Below the pieces are notes generated by a model. It ran no database searches and was not told the DNA's origin. It was given only the letters and a program-made list of their open reading frames with translations. This document shows, in pieces, positions 13,307-28,200 of a stretch of DNA of 64,000 bases (the stretch's first letter is position 1; each line of letters starts with the position of its first letter). Made by a program: the position numbers and the translations under genes. The stretch is from Cycas panzhihuaensis (taxonomy: Eukaryota > Plantae > Cycadophyta): assembly GCA_023213395.1 (NCBI GenBank), contig CM041465.1:139321741-139385740 (forward strand). Reading direction: 5' to 3'.

Positions 13307-16300
13307 TGATGGACTAGAAAACATAGAGACAGAGTAGAGCAGAAATTAAATAATCATTCCATTGTATTGCATGAGTATAAACAAAGTATTACATTCAATA
13401 CATTATAGACTGCATGTACAAATTTTCTAATAGAGGTGGTATCAAAAGACATTAGGGTTTGTCACCCCAGCAAATATATAGTTTGAGGGAGGAGGGAAAT
13501 CTCCTCAACCTCTAAAATTTAAAATATATTAAAATAATGCTTAATTAATGTAATACTTAACCTTACCTTACTTACCTTTATATGTATCCACTCACATGTA
13601 TAAATGGTGGGAGTGGGGTAATGAATATTAACCCAAGCATTCTCCCCCTTAATGGTCATCACAAGCATCTTCATTTTTCCTTGAACTTGTGGTATATATA
13701 TATCAGGAAGATTTTGAGTGAGTAATTGACCAAGTGTCCTTTCGTTTTGTCTTCATTTTCATGCATCGTTATCCTTGTATAGTGGTTTCTTTCAACATGG
13801 TTTGGTTCAAGTGATCTCCAAGTAAGTGTGACTTGCTTTAAATGAGGATGAGTGGCTTCATCTTTGTCTTTAACTTTTGGAATATTTATTTTATGAATAA
13901 CGATCATGTCAAAGGTATATACATCTTCATGTGCATCAATGTGATCATTCATTTGAGATGAGTATTCTACATTAGTCTTTTTAACACAAAAAACTTACTC
14001 TGGCATCTATCTCACATGTACAAAATCATCATAGTTACATTCATTCAAATTAAAGGTTTCTCCCCCATTAATAGATTCTAGTGTATCCCAAATGGATTTT
14101 GATATAGTTAATTTGCTAACATGAATGAATACATCATTATTTATTGCACTAAAGATTAAAGCTATGATTTCATTATCATTTCTTAGGTTTTCTTTATAAT
14201 TTTCTCATTCTTCTAGATAACCACATGTAACAAAATTTTAAATATCTTTTGAAATGAGAAGTGTTTTCAATAATTCTTTCCATTCATGAAAATTGGTCCC
14301 ATCAAGTGTGAGAATTAGCACATCATCTAAATAAAATAATAAAGACCTTAAATGTATGAATAGCATAAACTTGACAATAAGTACTTTTCAACAAATATGA
14401 ATCCCTTAACTAAGGTAGGAAAGTAATATGATCAATTGCATATCTTTTGAGACAAAAATTTTCTATTTATATGGAACTAAATCAATTAATGCTTTTATGA
14501 AAGAATAGATCTATATGTTCCTTTAAGATTTAATAATATAAATCTAAAGTCTAATTGTCTTTAATGGTAAAATGATGGATAATTAATGATAAGGAGTAGC
14601 TAAGGTAAAATGAATGACCTTTATCAATGTAAAAGTAAAGTATGCTTGATTATAAAAATAATTATCTATCATTTTGAAAGTAGTAGATCCTTTTGAAAGT
14701 AGTAATGAACTAGAAATATAAAGTATAATCTTTACTTTAGATGATAGAAATATCTAAAAAATAATAAGTTTCTTCCAAGAAATATAGAAAATGAACAAAT
14801 AAAACACAAAATGTACCTATTTAATTAGGTAGCTCCACTTAGCTTGAAGTATTGAAAAACTAATTTCTTACTACAAAAAATGACTTGAAAATGTAAATAA
14901 AGAATAATAAAAGCTTTAAGAATAAATTATTAGTAATCAATAAAGTAGTTGTAATCTTTTGAGATAATATAATTCTTGAAAAGTTATAGGATAATGCCTA
15001 TAAGGATTGAACAAGAAGCTAAATATAATTAGCTTCAAACACTTGTCAAATAAAGTCAGAATTGAGTGAAACCTACTTCAAACTAAAGAATATAAAATAT
15101 CCTTTCTGATAGATTTGACCATTCAGAAAACTAATTCCTATAACTCAAGATTTTAAAGAATAGGTAAAGAGACCCTTTTTAGGGCTTGAATATGAGCCAC
15201 AAGGCTAAAGTACTATAAAATATATTATAACTTTATAAAAATATATAAAAATTATCATTTATATATTTAAGACCCTTTAATATGATTTATTCTAGAAAAT
15301 CTTGAAGAAAATATCTCAAAAAATGTTAAATAATAAAGAACTAGGTTTGACTAAATACCTTGATTTTACTAGCTTAAAATACCTACAAAATAGCTTCAAA
15401 TCACTTGAAAAACTATATCAACATGAAGAGGGTTGAATCATATTTCCAACAAAGCTAACATTTTAGAAAATGGATATCATACGAGAAAGTTATAGTGAAA
15501 ATAGTGAAGTGACCTCTTTATGCTTAGCAAACTGGAAGCTAAAAAATTAGGTGACTTCAAACTATTAAAAATTGATCAAAATGACTCAAAATCTAAAAAT
15601 AAATTATACCATCAAATAGAGAATCAAAACAACTTTCCAATGGATCTAGTCTTTTGAAAAAAGGACTCTTGGGTCAAAAGTTGTAAACGAAATAGTCAAG
15701 ATAACTTATTATGAAAAAATAAAAAATGTGCAAAGGTTGTGCGCATATATAAAAGTTTATGGAGCTCATTTTCTTTGTACACAACTCATATTAAGATAAA
15801 ATTTTAGAAGAATATAGATATTCCTACTATAGAGTCACCTCTAAAATTTCATAAAGATCTGATAATCATAGAGAGAGAATGAAGCGATTGATCTCATAAA
15901 GGTTGTGGAGGATGTACGGACTGTAGAGGCCGTACAACTCAAGGAATGCTAAAAAATAGACTAAAATTACTTGGTATAACTTGTATTAGACCTATACCCA
16001 TGTCACGAAAGATATCTAATGAAAAAAAGAAGCCAAAATGAGCAAATGTGAGAAGGAGCAGTGGGGTTTCACTACCAAAAAGAGTAGCCAAGCTTCCAGG
16101 AAGAAGATCTCTTCGTAGGAGTGATGAAAATTAAAATTGTTGAATCCAATATGGAGCTGACTCAGAGAGCTTCAAAATGATTAGTCACTTGCTAGGGTTG
16201 ATTCATTGTGAAGACTACACCAGCCTATAAAAATACAAGTTCCTTGCTAAACCTTGAAAAAATAGTGAAAAAATGATAAAAACTTATAAAATATCAAACG

Positions 16301-17096
16301 AAATCTCAGTATAATTTCTCTAAAAAATTGTTGGGCTAAATATGTAGCTATTATTACATAGAACTAAAGAAATATTGAGTAAAATAAAGTAAATATGCTA
16401 AAAAATAGCCAAATATTTAATAAAAATATATAAAACTTATTAATAAAACTTTATAGAATGGTGAGATCTTAAATATTTTACTGATTATGGCTATGATCCT
16501 ACATAGATATATGACAATAAGGATTATTTTATATATATAACTCAGAAATAATTAAATTTTTAATAAAAATAATATAAAAATTACTAATAAGCTTTATAAA
16601 AAATAAATAGAACCAATATTTTGCTTATCGTGTATAGATTTGATAACTCTCTATTTTAGAACCAATAGATATTCTTGCTCTTCAAAATGAAGGACTTCAA
16701 CAAGTTAAAATCTAAGCTCTGATACCAAATGAAGGAGTTGGAACATGATGCTCTGATACCAAATGAAGGATTTAAAAAATTGGAGATAGAGTAGAGTAGA
16801 AATCAAATAATCAATCTATTGTATTGCATGAGAATAAACAAAGTATTACATTCAATCCATTATAGAGAGCACGTATACATTTCCTAATAGACATGGTGTC
16901 AAAAGATACCACGGTTTGTCACCCCAGTAAATATATAGTTTGAGGGAGGAGGGAAAACTCCTCAACCTCCAAAATTTAAAATACATTAATATAGTGCTTA
17001 ACTAATGTAACACTTAACCTTACCTTACTTATCTTCACATGTGTGCACTTACATGTGTAAATGGTAGGAGTGGGATGATGAATATTAACCCCAACA
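13307..17096 (-). mobile_element. Gag-only (TR-GAG-like) LTR retrotransposon, LTRs 13307-13639 and 16764-17096
   Basis: The LTR pair aligns over ~333 bp with TG...CA ends. A perfect PBS reverse complement GCTCTGATACCA is at 16750-16761, and the PPT reverse complement TTCTCCCCCTT is at 13640-13650. The gag remnant on minus (~14050-14320) reads LILTLDGTNFHEWKELLKTLLISKDI*...IHVSKLTISKSIWDTLES. TSD is GAAAA/AAAAA. Confidence 0.88.
16716..16770 (-). promoter_or_regulatory. Tandem primer-binding sites (tRNA-iMet PBS x2), each preceded by an LTR-terminus copy
   Basis: GCTCTGATACCAAATGAAGGA occurs at 16716-16736 and 16750-16770. A degenerate third unit lies at ~16677-16694. Confidence 0.85.
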
Positions 17097-20000
17097 AAAA
17101 ACTCTTAAAAGAAAAAACATTTTAATAAATCAAAATAAGAACAAGATGTTTCTTAAAAGCACTAAAAAATGTTGTAAATGACAACATAGAATAGGCTCTA
17201 AAAATTTAAAAAAATGTGTAGCTATATAACTATCCTACCCAAGTATTAAACATTGGGATATGATAACACAATGTTGGTTTTAGATGGAGGCATTGATAGT
17301 TGACCTAACAATGAATAAAGAATATATAATGAGGTAAGTATAAGATAAACAATGAGACACATAAGAGATGAAGTATGCACATGGATGAAGCACAATAAAT
17401 TGGGATGAATGGGCAACCTTTAAATTATTAAAAAAAATTAGGTATATACTTATAGAATATCTGAGCACATGTGAGAACTCGTAAGGTCAACCTTTGTGCG
17501 CTAGTACACTTATCAAAGTGGTACATATATTAATGTAACCATGAATTTAAAAATCAAATAATATATGAGAGAATATGAATGGTATTAGAATGTGATTGGA
17601 TATTTTATCCAATAGGCTTTATAAAATAACCAATCTTAGAGAAGGCTAATAGGTAGACTATAGTATCAAGAATGAATGGCAAAACATTAATTCAAATTAT
17701 TATTTCTAGTGGCATATTTTAAAACAATTAAATACATTCTATTTATCCTATTGTGGACCACCATGGGAGTTTTATAAACAATGCTTTTAGTATTATAGAA
17801 GAATCTGGGACCTATTATAAGAATAGAATTTAAAATCATAGAATAGTGACTTGTAGTAAGGTCATGGAGCTAAATAACCAATTCACTTAGTGTTAATAAA
17901 GTATTTTGAGTCTTTGTTAATCATGTAATATAAGATACTTGATCATTTATGAAAGGCAATATGAATGCAAATATATCTAATTTTTTATTTATAGTTGAGT
18001 AAACCAACCATATGTTATGATGGGTCTTTTAATAGTAATAATTCCATTCTATTTATACTTTTCATATTATTATTAGTTTTAGATGAATTAATGTATTAAT
18101 ATAATTTATCAATTATTATTCTACTTTTTTGTTACGTAGATACATATGTTTTTTTATTTTTATTTATTTATTTAGTTTTGTGTATTCATGAGAGAGAGAG
18201 AGGTATTTAGGTATAGGTAAAAATCAAAACTTACAAGAAACCTAAGGTAACTAATATGGTTAAGTAAATTAACTAAGCACTAAAGTGAAGATTAGCTAGA
18301 AAGAAATTTAGATTTCAAAATCAAGGAATGTAACTCAAATCAACTAGTAAAGTAAGTAGTGTTTCAATTTAAAAGTAATAGGTATTAGATAGTAATTATG
18401 GCTATGGACAAGTTTTATGGCAAGGCCAGACATAGGTAATTAAATAAATTTATGAATATTTAAACTAGTTATAGGGAAAAAAGAAATTCAAATTCAAAAA
18501 ATAAGCTCATTCTGCTCTTAGAGGGTATAGACTAAGAGAATGTCTCAAAATAATAAACCTAATGATAATGGTACTTTATATGCCACTATTTAAATACTAA
18601 TATGTGTCATTTAGTATATGCTGACTCCTTTGTCATGGCAGTTCTACAACATGCCCTTCCCTTTTAAGAGAAAAGCTATACCCAAAAAGCTCAAGATAGT
18701 GATCAACAAACTCTTAGGACTACCAAGTCACATCCTCTAATAACAATCCCTTTTACTTAATGAGGTATCCTATCATTATTTTGGATCAAAGTCTCTTACA
18801 TTATATCTCGAGGATGATCTATGGTTCTAAGTGTAGAAGTTCAAAGCATGGAGTAAACTATTTGAGAAGAATAGACCAATGTTACTTAGATAAAAAGGAT
18901 TTGACTAAATTACAAATAACATCTCATTCTCATAAAATCTTTTTAGTTTATAATACATGATAAGCGCTTATGTATAATCCTAAAAGGAATATTAATTTCT
19001 TTATGATTGACACATTTGAGGTGGGTGGTGTAACCCCCAATGACTCACCAAACTTGCATTCTAAAGAATTAATAATCATTAGAATATAATAATAAAGTGG
19101 ACAGGCTCAAAACCTAAGTTATGAGTAACATAACCATTAATTATCAACACTCCTAAGTAATTTTTATTACATTTATTCTAATATGTAAACCATCATTAAA
19201 TGTCTAAAATATATCACATGTCAATGATTTGGTAAAGATGTTAACTAATTGTTCTCCTATTGGCTTGTACATCATTTTAATCACTCCATTTTGAATCACT
19301 TTATAAGTAAAATCATAATACACTTAATATGTTTTATGTGAGCATATAACATAAAGTTCTTTAAAATCTTTTATGTATTCTAATTATCACAGTATAATAT
19401 AGTTGGTTCTAATTGATATAGTTCCATGTCCTTCTGAATATATCATGAACAAATGGATTTAGTAGTTGTTGTAATTACAAGCTTGTAGTTTGTTTCAATC
19501 AATGATAAAATAACATTTGATTACTTTTTTATTACAACTAATTCTAAACTAAAACAGTATATAAAAGTCAAACTTCTACTTTTTATGCATCTAGAATAAT
19601 CATAATCTATAAATCATGTTAACTTGAAGTTATCATTATGCATGAATTCAAGTCCACATTGAATAGTTTCATTTTGTTATATTAGCTTAGTTTATATTTT
19701 ATGTGGTAAAGTTATAATACATATTTACGCAATTAATTTATTATGATATTGGTATTTTATAGTTGATCCCATACATAGCTAACTTATGTCTTATAAATAC
19801 ATATTCAATGCATTATATTGTAATATGAATTATTCTTATTGTCTTAATCCAAATTAATGTACCTTAAGGGTACCGTTGTGATTTTGTGTTTGTTGTTTCT
19901 TTCTATTCGTGCTTTGTTATTTTCTATTACTTTTATTTTTCTACATGGTATTAGAGTAAATTTACATTTCTAACATGGTGTTAGAGCCAAGGTATGTTGA

Positions 20001-22295
20001 AACTAGCTAGTAGAACCATCATTTCTTTGTACCTTTGTAATTTGTTATACATATTATATTAAAGGACCCTTGATGTAATTTAATCATATTTGATATTAAG
20101 GTTAGGTCTACCTCATTTGCTATTAAGTCAGCCTATCAAATATCATGTAATATTAGTGGATGGGCTATATATTACACCTCATACCATTGTATCATGTAAT
20201 ATTCTGATGTTAATGCAAAAGCTCTGCCTATGAGACAGTTGTATGTGGGGACAAATTCACCCATAACATTGCCATTTACTTTGTTTTATCTATTTTGCAT
20301 ACTTCTTTATTCACTATAGCTATTTTACTTAATATTTATTGATTAGTCCACATGTATAACAGATCCTAATACTCTTAACATGGTATTACAGCTAAATGTG
20401 CCTGATTTAGTTTTTTTTGAAGTTATTTTGATAATTAGAGTTTTGTTTACTTATTTTTCTTTAAGTTTTTTTATCAAAAATCTAAATATTATACAATCTT
20501 AAAGTAAAGAGTAGCTAGTTCTAGTTGACTCCAACCTCGTGCAATAATTTATATACCTATTTGATCTCATATGGGGTTTGGCTCCAAGTTGTTAAAGAAA
20601 AATAAATGAAAAAACATATTTTTCATTTATTTCAACCATAAAGTAGGTCGTTTTTCTTTGTTGGAGAATCATCTATTCTTTCGATAGCCTTGAACCCACT
20701 TATATAGTCCATTAAAGGAGATTTAAAGTGTTTTTAGGTAGTTTTTGACTTCATTTTGCTCTGGTGGGCCCATGCAAACCCTTAGACTTTGGGAGCTTTA
20801 TTCTCCTCTGTACGAGATCCTTTTTTAAAAATCCCATTTCTATTCAAAAATTCCACTTCTATTTGATCCCTCTAGTCATTACATCCCTTCCTCTAATATT
20901 TCATTATAATCTAAGGTCATTTGATTCCCCGTTAGGGCTCTTCACCTCTCCATGGGTTGCCCTGTTCATGCGTTGGTTGTGCAACTTCATGAGAAACTTC
21001 TTTCATAAAAAATCTTTTAATTTTTCATTATGATTCAACTTTAGAAACTTAAATTAAGTTAAATTTAATTTTTGGTTGAAATTTAGGCCTTTATCCCCTA
21101 GATCCAGTCATTTTAAGTCACCATATGATCCTCTTTTGTCTTAAAAGGGAAAACTCCAAAGAAGATTAGACTATATTTGACTCTTTATACATAATAAAAA
21201 ATCATTTAGCTACTTTTGATAAATTTTTAGATCTATAAGACCCTAGTTGCATCACTGAGTGGTCACGTGCATCCAACAGGCAGCCACAAGCCAATTTTAG
21301 AAGGGGCTTCACCCCATCCTCACTTTGATTTTTAGCATAAAGATATACATATATTATTTCTACCATATCTTTTCAATCATATGTCTATTTCATGAACCAT
21401 CTAGATTATCATAAAATAGATTCAGAGCTCTACAACTTAGAATTAAATTAAGCTAGATTTGGAGCCAATTTGCTAGAGATGCAATTTGCTAATTTTGGCC
21501 TTTATGGTTAAGGGTTTTGAGCCTTATTTCTCAAGTTTTGAAGGCTTATTTCAGTTTCTTTGAGGTTCTTTTGCTTGCTTAGGCCATGTCTAATCTTTTT
21601 TAGCTATTTAATCTTGATTTTTGAGGCCAATTAGTGCATGGTATTACTTCTTATGTAGGTGTTACTCTTAGGAGGTTGATAAAGTTCACTCTTAAGCTTA
21701 GCCTATCAAAGAGCTTTCTAAACCTACCTTCGTCCTTTCAATTTGCTTTATTTCATCTTTATTTCATTTATTGCTTAAAAAATAAACCTCTTATTTGTAA
21801 AAAACTAACATTAAACATCAATTTCTCACATTAAAAGGATAACTCCAAAATTAAATCCTCTTTTCCAGTCTTGCAAGGGGAATGATTAAGACCCCTAAAG
21901 TTTCCACCCTATATATGCCATTAGTGTACTTTAAGTTATTAAGGAAACTATTAGTTATTAGGTGTATTAGGTGGAAGACTAAGGCAAAGACCCTATCTTT
22001 TTAGAGTTCAGAGACCAAACTAGACTTAGGGAGGTGAGTGCCTTGGTTAGATAAGTTCTCACCACTAGAACTGTTGTTTGGCATAAAACTAGTATAGGTG
22101 GGGAAACAAATTATGGGGGTATTAAGACCACCTTTATAGCCCACACACTGAGGTATATCGAGCCTTTGAGCTTACGTATTGATAAATTAGGTCCCTAGTT
22201 TGCCACTTGTGGGCAGGTGACACTAAACAGGATAATAATCAAGAACTTTCCTAAAGATCCTTCACCTTAGAATTCTAGATTAGACACCACTTAAC

Positions 22296-25200
22296 CTTGT
22301 TATTTAATCTCACCAACTAGAACAAGGTTAACTTTCAGAGTTAGTACATAGAAAACATTATCTAAGTATTATTATTCTTCATTTGACATGATAATTGGTA
22401 CTTTTCTAGCTCCTATGGCCTCTAAATCGATGGCATCCCCAATGGTGACATTTTGATTCGCTTCCCATATTTCAAAGGACCATTCTAACCTTCTAGTCAT
22501 GTGTCTTGATGTATTAAAATCAATGAACTAGATATCTTATACATCAAAACCTATTTTGTATACTATAACAAATAATCGTTTTGAAATCTCACCATGTGTG
22601 TTCTTTATTATATCTAAAATATAACCATGTTGCCTAGGTGGTCATTATTATCATCATTGTTACCTTTATCATTGGGGTTGATGTTATTATTATGAACATT
22701 ACTAATGCTGCCATTCTTAATAATCCTTTTTTATGTGACCCAATTTTCTAAAATAATAATACTTTTGCTTATATTATCCCTTTGAAGCTCTTGCCTTATC
22801 CTTCTTAACTACAAGTTCAAAAAACATATTTTTCTTTAAAATAAATGGATTTTTTTAATTTGATTTAGATGGCAATGCTTCAGACAATTCACCATGAATA
22901 TATTTAAACTTTTGCTCATTTTCCATAAGTAGTGATTCTAAAAAACTAATTATTAGAGTGGACAATTTATCTAACAAAGTTATCAAGAATTATCTCACCT
23001 ATAATCACTAATTGATCTTGAATTGATCTCGCATGTCATATGTCATCCATCACATTCCTAGTCATCTTCAAGTTGTATAGTTGACTCTACAGCTTTAGGG
23101 CTCCTATGTCATCTTTATACTCAAATATGTTCATAGTCATGTCCCATATTTATTTTAGTCTAATAGCTTCCTTGATATGTAAGATGATGCTGCCACCGAT
23201 TAACATGCTAAGAAACCTAAATATGATCTATATCTTTAATTAATATTCAATATTAAAAGTAGCAATAATAGTCAATTTAGTTGCAGATGCAGTAATCTCT
23301 TTAGTAGCTTTACCCTTAACTGACTTATCTACATAGTTCTAGAGCTCATTCAAATGAAAAAACTTAAATATATAATGCTTCTAAACAATGTAATTCTCAA
23401 GACCTGCAAGTCTTTTTGTGACTATTCTCATTATACCACCTTAATTAGATATTTTAAGTAAAAAGTAAATAAAAAAAAAGTTAAAAAGAGGATAAACAAG
23501 CATAGAAATTAAAAATAAAAGTTATAAAATTCTTCAATCTATATGTAGGTAGTTGGTATGAGTGGATTTGCTACCTCAGGCTACTCACAAGTAGCTAAAA
23601 TATCACAAAAAATATAAAATTTTATTTTTTTTACTAGAAAATTATACAAAAATGTAGTATGTGACTACTACCAAATCATAGATCTAAAAAGATTAGGCAC
23701 TATGGTATATTTATTTTCTCAAAACAAATATTTAATTGTAAAAAAATATTCTTAATACCCAAATAACCATATAACTAGGGCTAGTAGGTAGTGAGTTTAG
23801 TCGCAAACCTCACAATTAAACCTAATGCAATTTAGTTTCATATAAATATTAGAAAACATAAATACTTTTAACCCAATGTTTTATATAGAATATTCCCTAT
23901 AAAATATTCTCCAAAGAGGTATAGGTGACAAATGAAGCCCTTTAAAAAATATGCTTTTTCACTAAAATGGAGTTGTTTCATCCAAAAAGATTGATATCAC
24001 TACATTGTCAGACTATTAATGATTAATTTGATAGGTCATTGTTAGTACTTTTATGGATAATTTCATCATTGGGTATGTAAAAAATGATTGTCTTCCTTGT
24101 CCTCCTTGTTCAAACTTTAACCTTCATTGGGCTTCTATTTCAAAACTTACAATATGTAATATGAAGTTCCCTTTTTTACACTTAGTTCTTATACTATGAC
24201 ATCTAGTTTTATGTATGTGACCCTCAAATGAGCATATTACTCACTCATTATAATGTATATTTATGTGTTGGCATCTTTTGGCCTTCCAATGAGCATCGCA
24301 CTATAAATATGTGATTGTGTTAAGCCTTCACCACATGTTAGAGGACTATCATATTAAAAGGTAAGGTAGGTTAAGTAGGTTAAGGTTAGGAGTATTTAAT
24401 AATAGAAAAAATATATAATTAGTTAGCTTAGTGGTAAAATAATATAATAATAGGGTGATCCTTCTATATATATAATACCCTACTCATTGTACTATTATGT
24501 TGATAAATATAATCTCATTGAGCCTCATTTCATTGTCTTTTAGTTCTCTTTTGGTGCTCTTCATATCCATCTTCTACTCTATCCATCTCTACAATTTTCT
24601 ACTTTTCTTATTCTTCTTCACATATTATTGTGATAACAAGTATTACCCTATTATACCTGGTTTCAGAGCAAGATTATTTGGTAATTTTTTTTTTCTACTA
24701 CCTTAATGCAAGGTTTTGAAGGCATATCCAAGAGTATAAATGCTAAAATTTTTAAAAAACAATGGCAAATTTGACCTAAATAGATCATTCTATAAACTTT
24801 GAGCAGTTACACTATAGATTTTAAGGTGAAAGTATAAAAACCATATGAGTTTTAATTTTTTCCTATTTTTTATCACTAATTTTATAATCAAATCTACTAC
24901 CTCGACTTTAAATGACCATAACTTTAGCTACAAGTATCTAAATGACCTCAAATATTTTTTGATCTCATGAATTTTGAAGTCTATTTTCCAATGGAAGTGG
25001 TCTTAAGTTGATCAATACTTAGAACAAAAGTAAACAATATCTTATTAGAAGGTACTATTATAGTCCTAAAACTTTACGTAAACCTCCTTAAAATAAGTAT
25101 ATCTTTTGATACAAACATCAAAATTTAATTTTATTTGTACCATAGGAACCCTAATTTAGAGACCACTATTTTAGATTATATTTTATTAACTTTAAAACTA

Positions 25201-28200
25201 TTATTTATTAGATATTTAAAATTAAATTAAATTATTTTATTTTGCAAAGGTTTATTCTAGTATTTCTTTTTGTATTATTTTAGGCCATTCGGACTTTGGC
25301 TTCTATCTCATTGCTCTTAAGGCTATAAAAAGAGAAAAAGAATGGACCTAAGGGATTCTATAAATATACTCTAATATTATGAAACAATGGGTCTTAGTGA
25401 TTGGTTCTTTGACTTTGAGCAATTCTTTTTCAATTATAGTGATGACCTTGACCTCTCCAACTTTGAGATGGATAGACACATTTGATTTTATGATTAGGTT
25501 ACCACTTTTTAATAGGTCTTTGAATATTATTCTAAAGTTTATTACTTCAAACGTGACTATCCCAAGATTCTATTTATTATGTAATACTTAGATGTGGATC
25601 TTCATAGAAAGATTTAGGTATGGTATGACTCACTTTCAGAACTAGATTGGATATCCTTCAAGATGGAACTTTAGAGAGAAATAAGAGCCTGCATACTTAT
25701 TGAAGCTCTCGTAGAAGTAGTTTTGGAGAACTATGATTACTCAACTAAAGAGGACGAAGAGGACCAAGATCACCCAAATAAAGAAAAAAGTGGAAAAAAT
25801 GATGATTGAGGATGAGCATATTGAAGTCCCTTTCTCTGTTTGTACCATATAATGATAAGAACGATTAGGTCTTTATCACTAAACTATATTATTTTAGTCT
25901 TAATGGTTTTGTCACTTTTAATGATTGGTTTGTATCCATGCTCACATACTTTGAAGAGGTCAACTTGACAAAGTATCGCAAGCTTTGTCTAGGTTTCAGC
26001 AATTGGAAGGTCCCCTGAAATTATGGGAACGAGGGTGGTGTCAAAATGCTTTTAGGCCAAATTAGGATCTCTTCATTTTTATACTTCGCCAATAGATTGA
26101 AGCACTAATTCCTAACCATAGTAACCTTTTGGAATGAGAGGCCAAAGAAAAAGAAGAAGAAGAGGAAAAGGAAGAAAAAAAAAAAGATGACATAGGGGTA
26201 ACTGTATCTTTTCAATCCCCTATATTTGAGATCTATTTTTCTTTGGATTGGTAGGTTGAAATATCTTCACTTGAAAGGATAATAATCAAATTGACACCAT
26301 CAATATTTAGGTTATAGGAGCATTTTAGTCCTCATTTTTATAGACCCACAATTTACTACACCATAGGCCCTCATTTTTTTGATAATGATATCCATCCAGA
26401 AGGGCCACATTTTTTTAGTGTATGTTCATGCTTAATGAAAGATGTATATATGTTAATAAGTGTAGTGATAATTTCTATATCATGGCACAAGGACAATGTA
26501 TCTCTGAGATAACATTTACGCAACGACAGGTGGTGGACACATGTATTTTTATATTAAGATGCTTGAAATTAAAGCATCTAAGGGGGGAGGGTATGCAGTG
26601 AGCCTTCACCACATGTTAGAGGATTATCATGTTAAGAGGTTAAGTAGATTAAATAAGTTAAGATTAAGAGTATTTAATAATAGGAAAAATATATGATTGG
26701 TTAACTTAGCAATAAAATAATATAATAATGGGGTGATTCTTCTATATATACGCCACCATATTCATTATAATATTATGTTGATGAATATAATCTTATTAGA
26801 GTTTACTTCAGTGCCCTGCGATTCTCTTTTAGTGCTCTTCACATCCATCTTTCACTTCATCCATCTCCATAATTTTTGGTTCCTCTTGCTCTTCTTGATA
26901 TATTGTTGTAGTAACATGTTTTGCCCCATTACAACAATTACTGTTTCATATAGTAATGCTTGAATGCTTACTTACCCATTGTTTTCCATCTAAGTTCCTC
27001 TTCATGATATTCCTCTTCAATGGCCATTCTCCTTCTTGTGGTGTTTAATCCATTATTATGGCATTAATGGTGTCCTTTACTTTCCTATTATGGATTTTAC
27101 CTACAGGTCAATGGGCAGTGTTGTTGTGATTTAATGGTGGGGTATCGATCCTAGGTGAAGGCATTGTAATTTCCTTTTTTGATCAACTGATTCAATTAAT
27201 CAAAACTCACAGTAGGTCACCATTCAGTTTACAAGTTGCCAATTCTATTGTGCAAGTTGCTATGAAAAGCTACACAATAGATAGGCTAGTAAAACATTAT
27301 TTGACTATAACCTATAGTCATAAACCTTAGGGTATGCAATTTAGAATATTCTACTTTTAATAAAAGCCAACTCTAAAGGTTAAAACAATCTTTTAATACG
27401 CATTTCAACATTGACTTTTTAATGGAGTCTAGTAGCCCCTTTTCAAAGATTTATAAAATTGATTTTTAATACCTTCTTTTATCATTTTCATCACTATTTT
27501 TCCACTTTAAATGGTAGATTTATCATTATGTCAGCATAGCCCTTCAATAAAGTCTAGCACAATATCTTCATTGGCCATCGCATTGTTTCTAGTAGCCCCT
27601 TTAGTTTTCAACGATTTTAATAAGAGGATCATTTAACAACAATCCATAGCAATATAACAGAGTTTGTCAATATGAGGTATATTTACAACTTGAGATTTCT
27701 TCAACAACAATTGAATGGAGGTCCATTCATGACAGATCAAAATGGTCCAATAACTCAACAAAGTCTTCCTACCTGCATGCATAACTAGCCATCCATAGAA
27801 GTTATTCCCTAATCACACTCATAGACCACAATTGTCTTACCCTTTCTTACTTGTATTTCAATACTCATCACTCACACATTGCTCTCATTTGGACATATTT
27901 AACTCACTTATACATGTAGAGCAATCTTTTTCCCTCGTCTCATCTTGCATTCATTATATTTGTATTAGACCTCCATATATACTACTCCCTAGCTTTCTTT
28001 CAAACCTAAATTATTTGTACCATCTATCCCTTTACTTTGCATATATCTCTTTGTTGTATCCATCTCTATAGAATACCCATCTTACCATCTATCCATCATT
28101 CTCCATCTCTTTAGTATCAACACCTCGTATGTATCTTTCTCCAATTTTATCGGTACCCTAAATCATTCATGTCACCTATTGCCTACACTTCAACTTTCAT

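Larger units (their letters stand above)
10651..17614 (-). mobile_element. Non-autonomous LTR element with TSD GGCTT (LTRs 10651-10981 and 17272-17614), hosting a nested element
   Basis: Both repeats begin TGTTGGTTTTAG and align over ~340 bp. GGCTT occurs at 10646-10650 and 17615-17619. A pyrimidine tract TTTCCTCCT just inside the left LTR is the PPT on the minus strand. A weak gag-like remnant lies at ~12250-12450, and no pol was seen. Confidence 0.85.

Noticed and set aside
16677-16770. CRISPR-like repeat-spacer array
   Set aside because: The context is eukaryotic, there are only 2-3 units and no cas genes. The repeat is a retrotransposon PBS plus LTR end.
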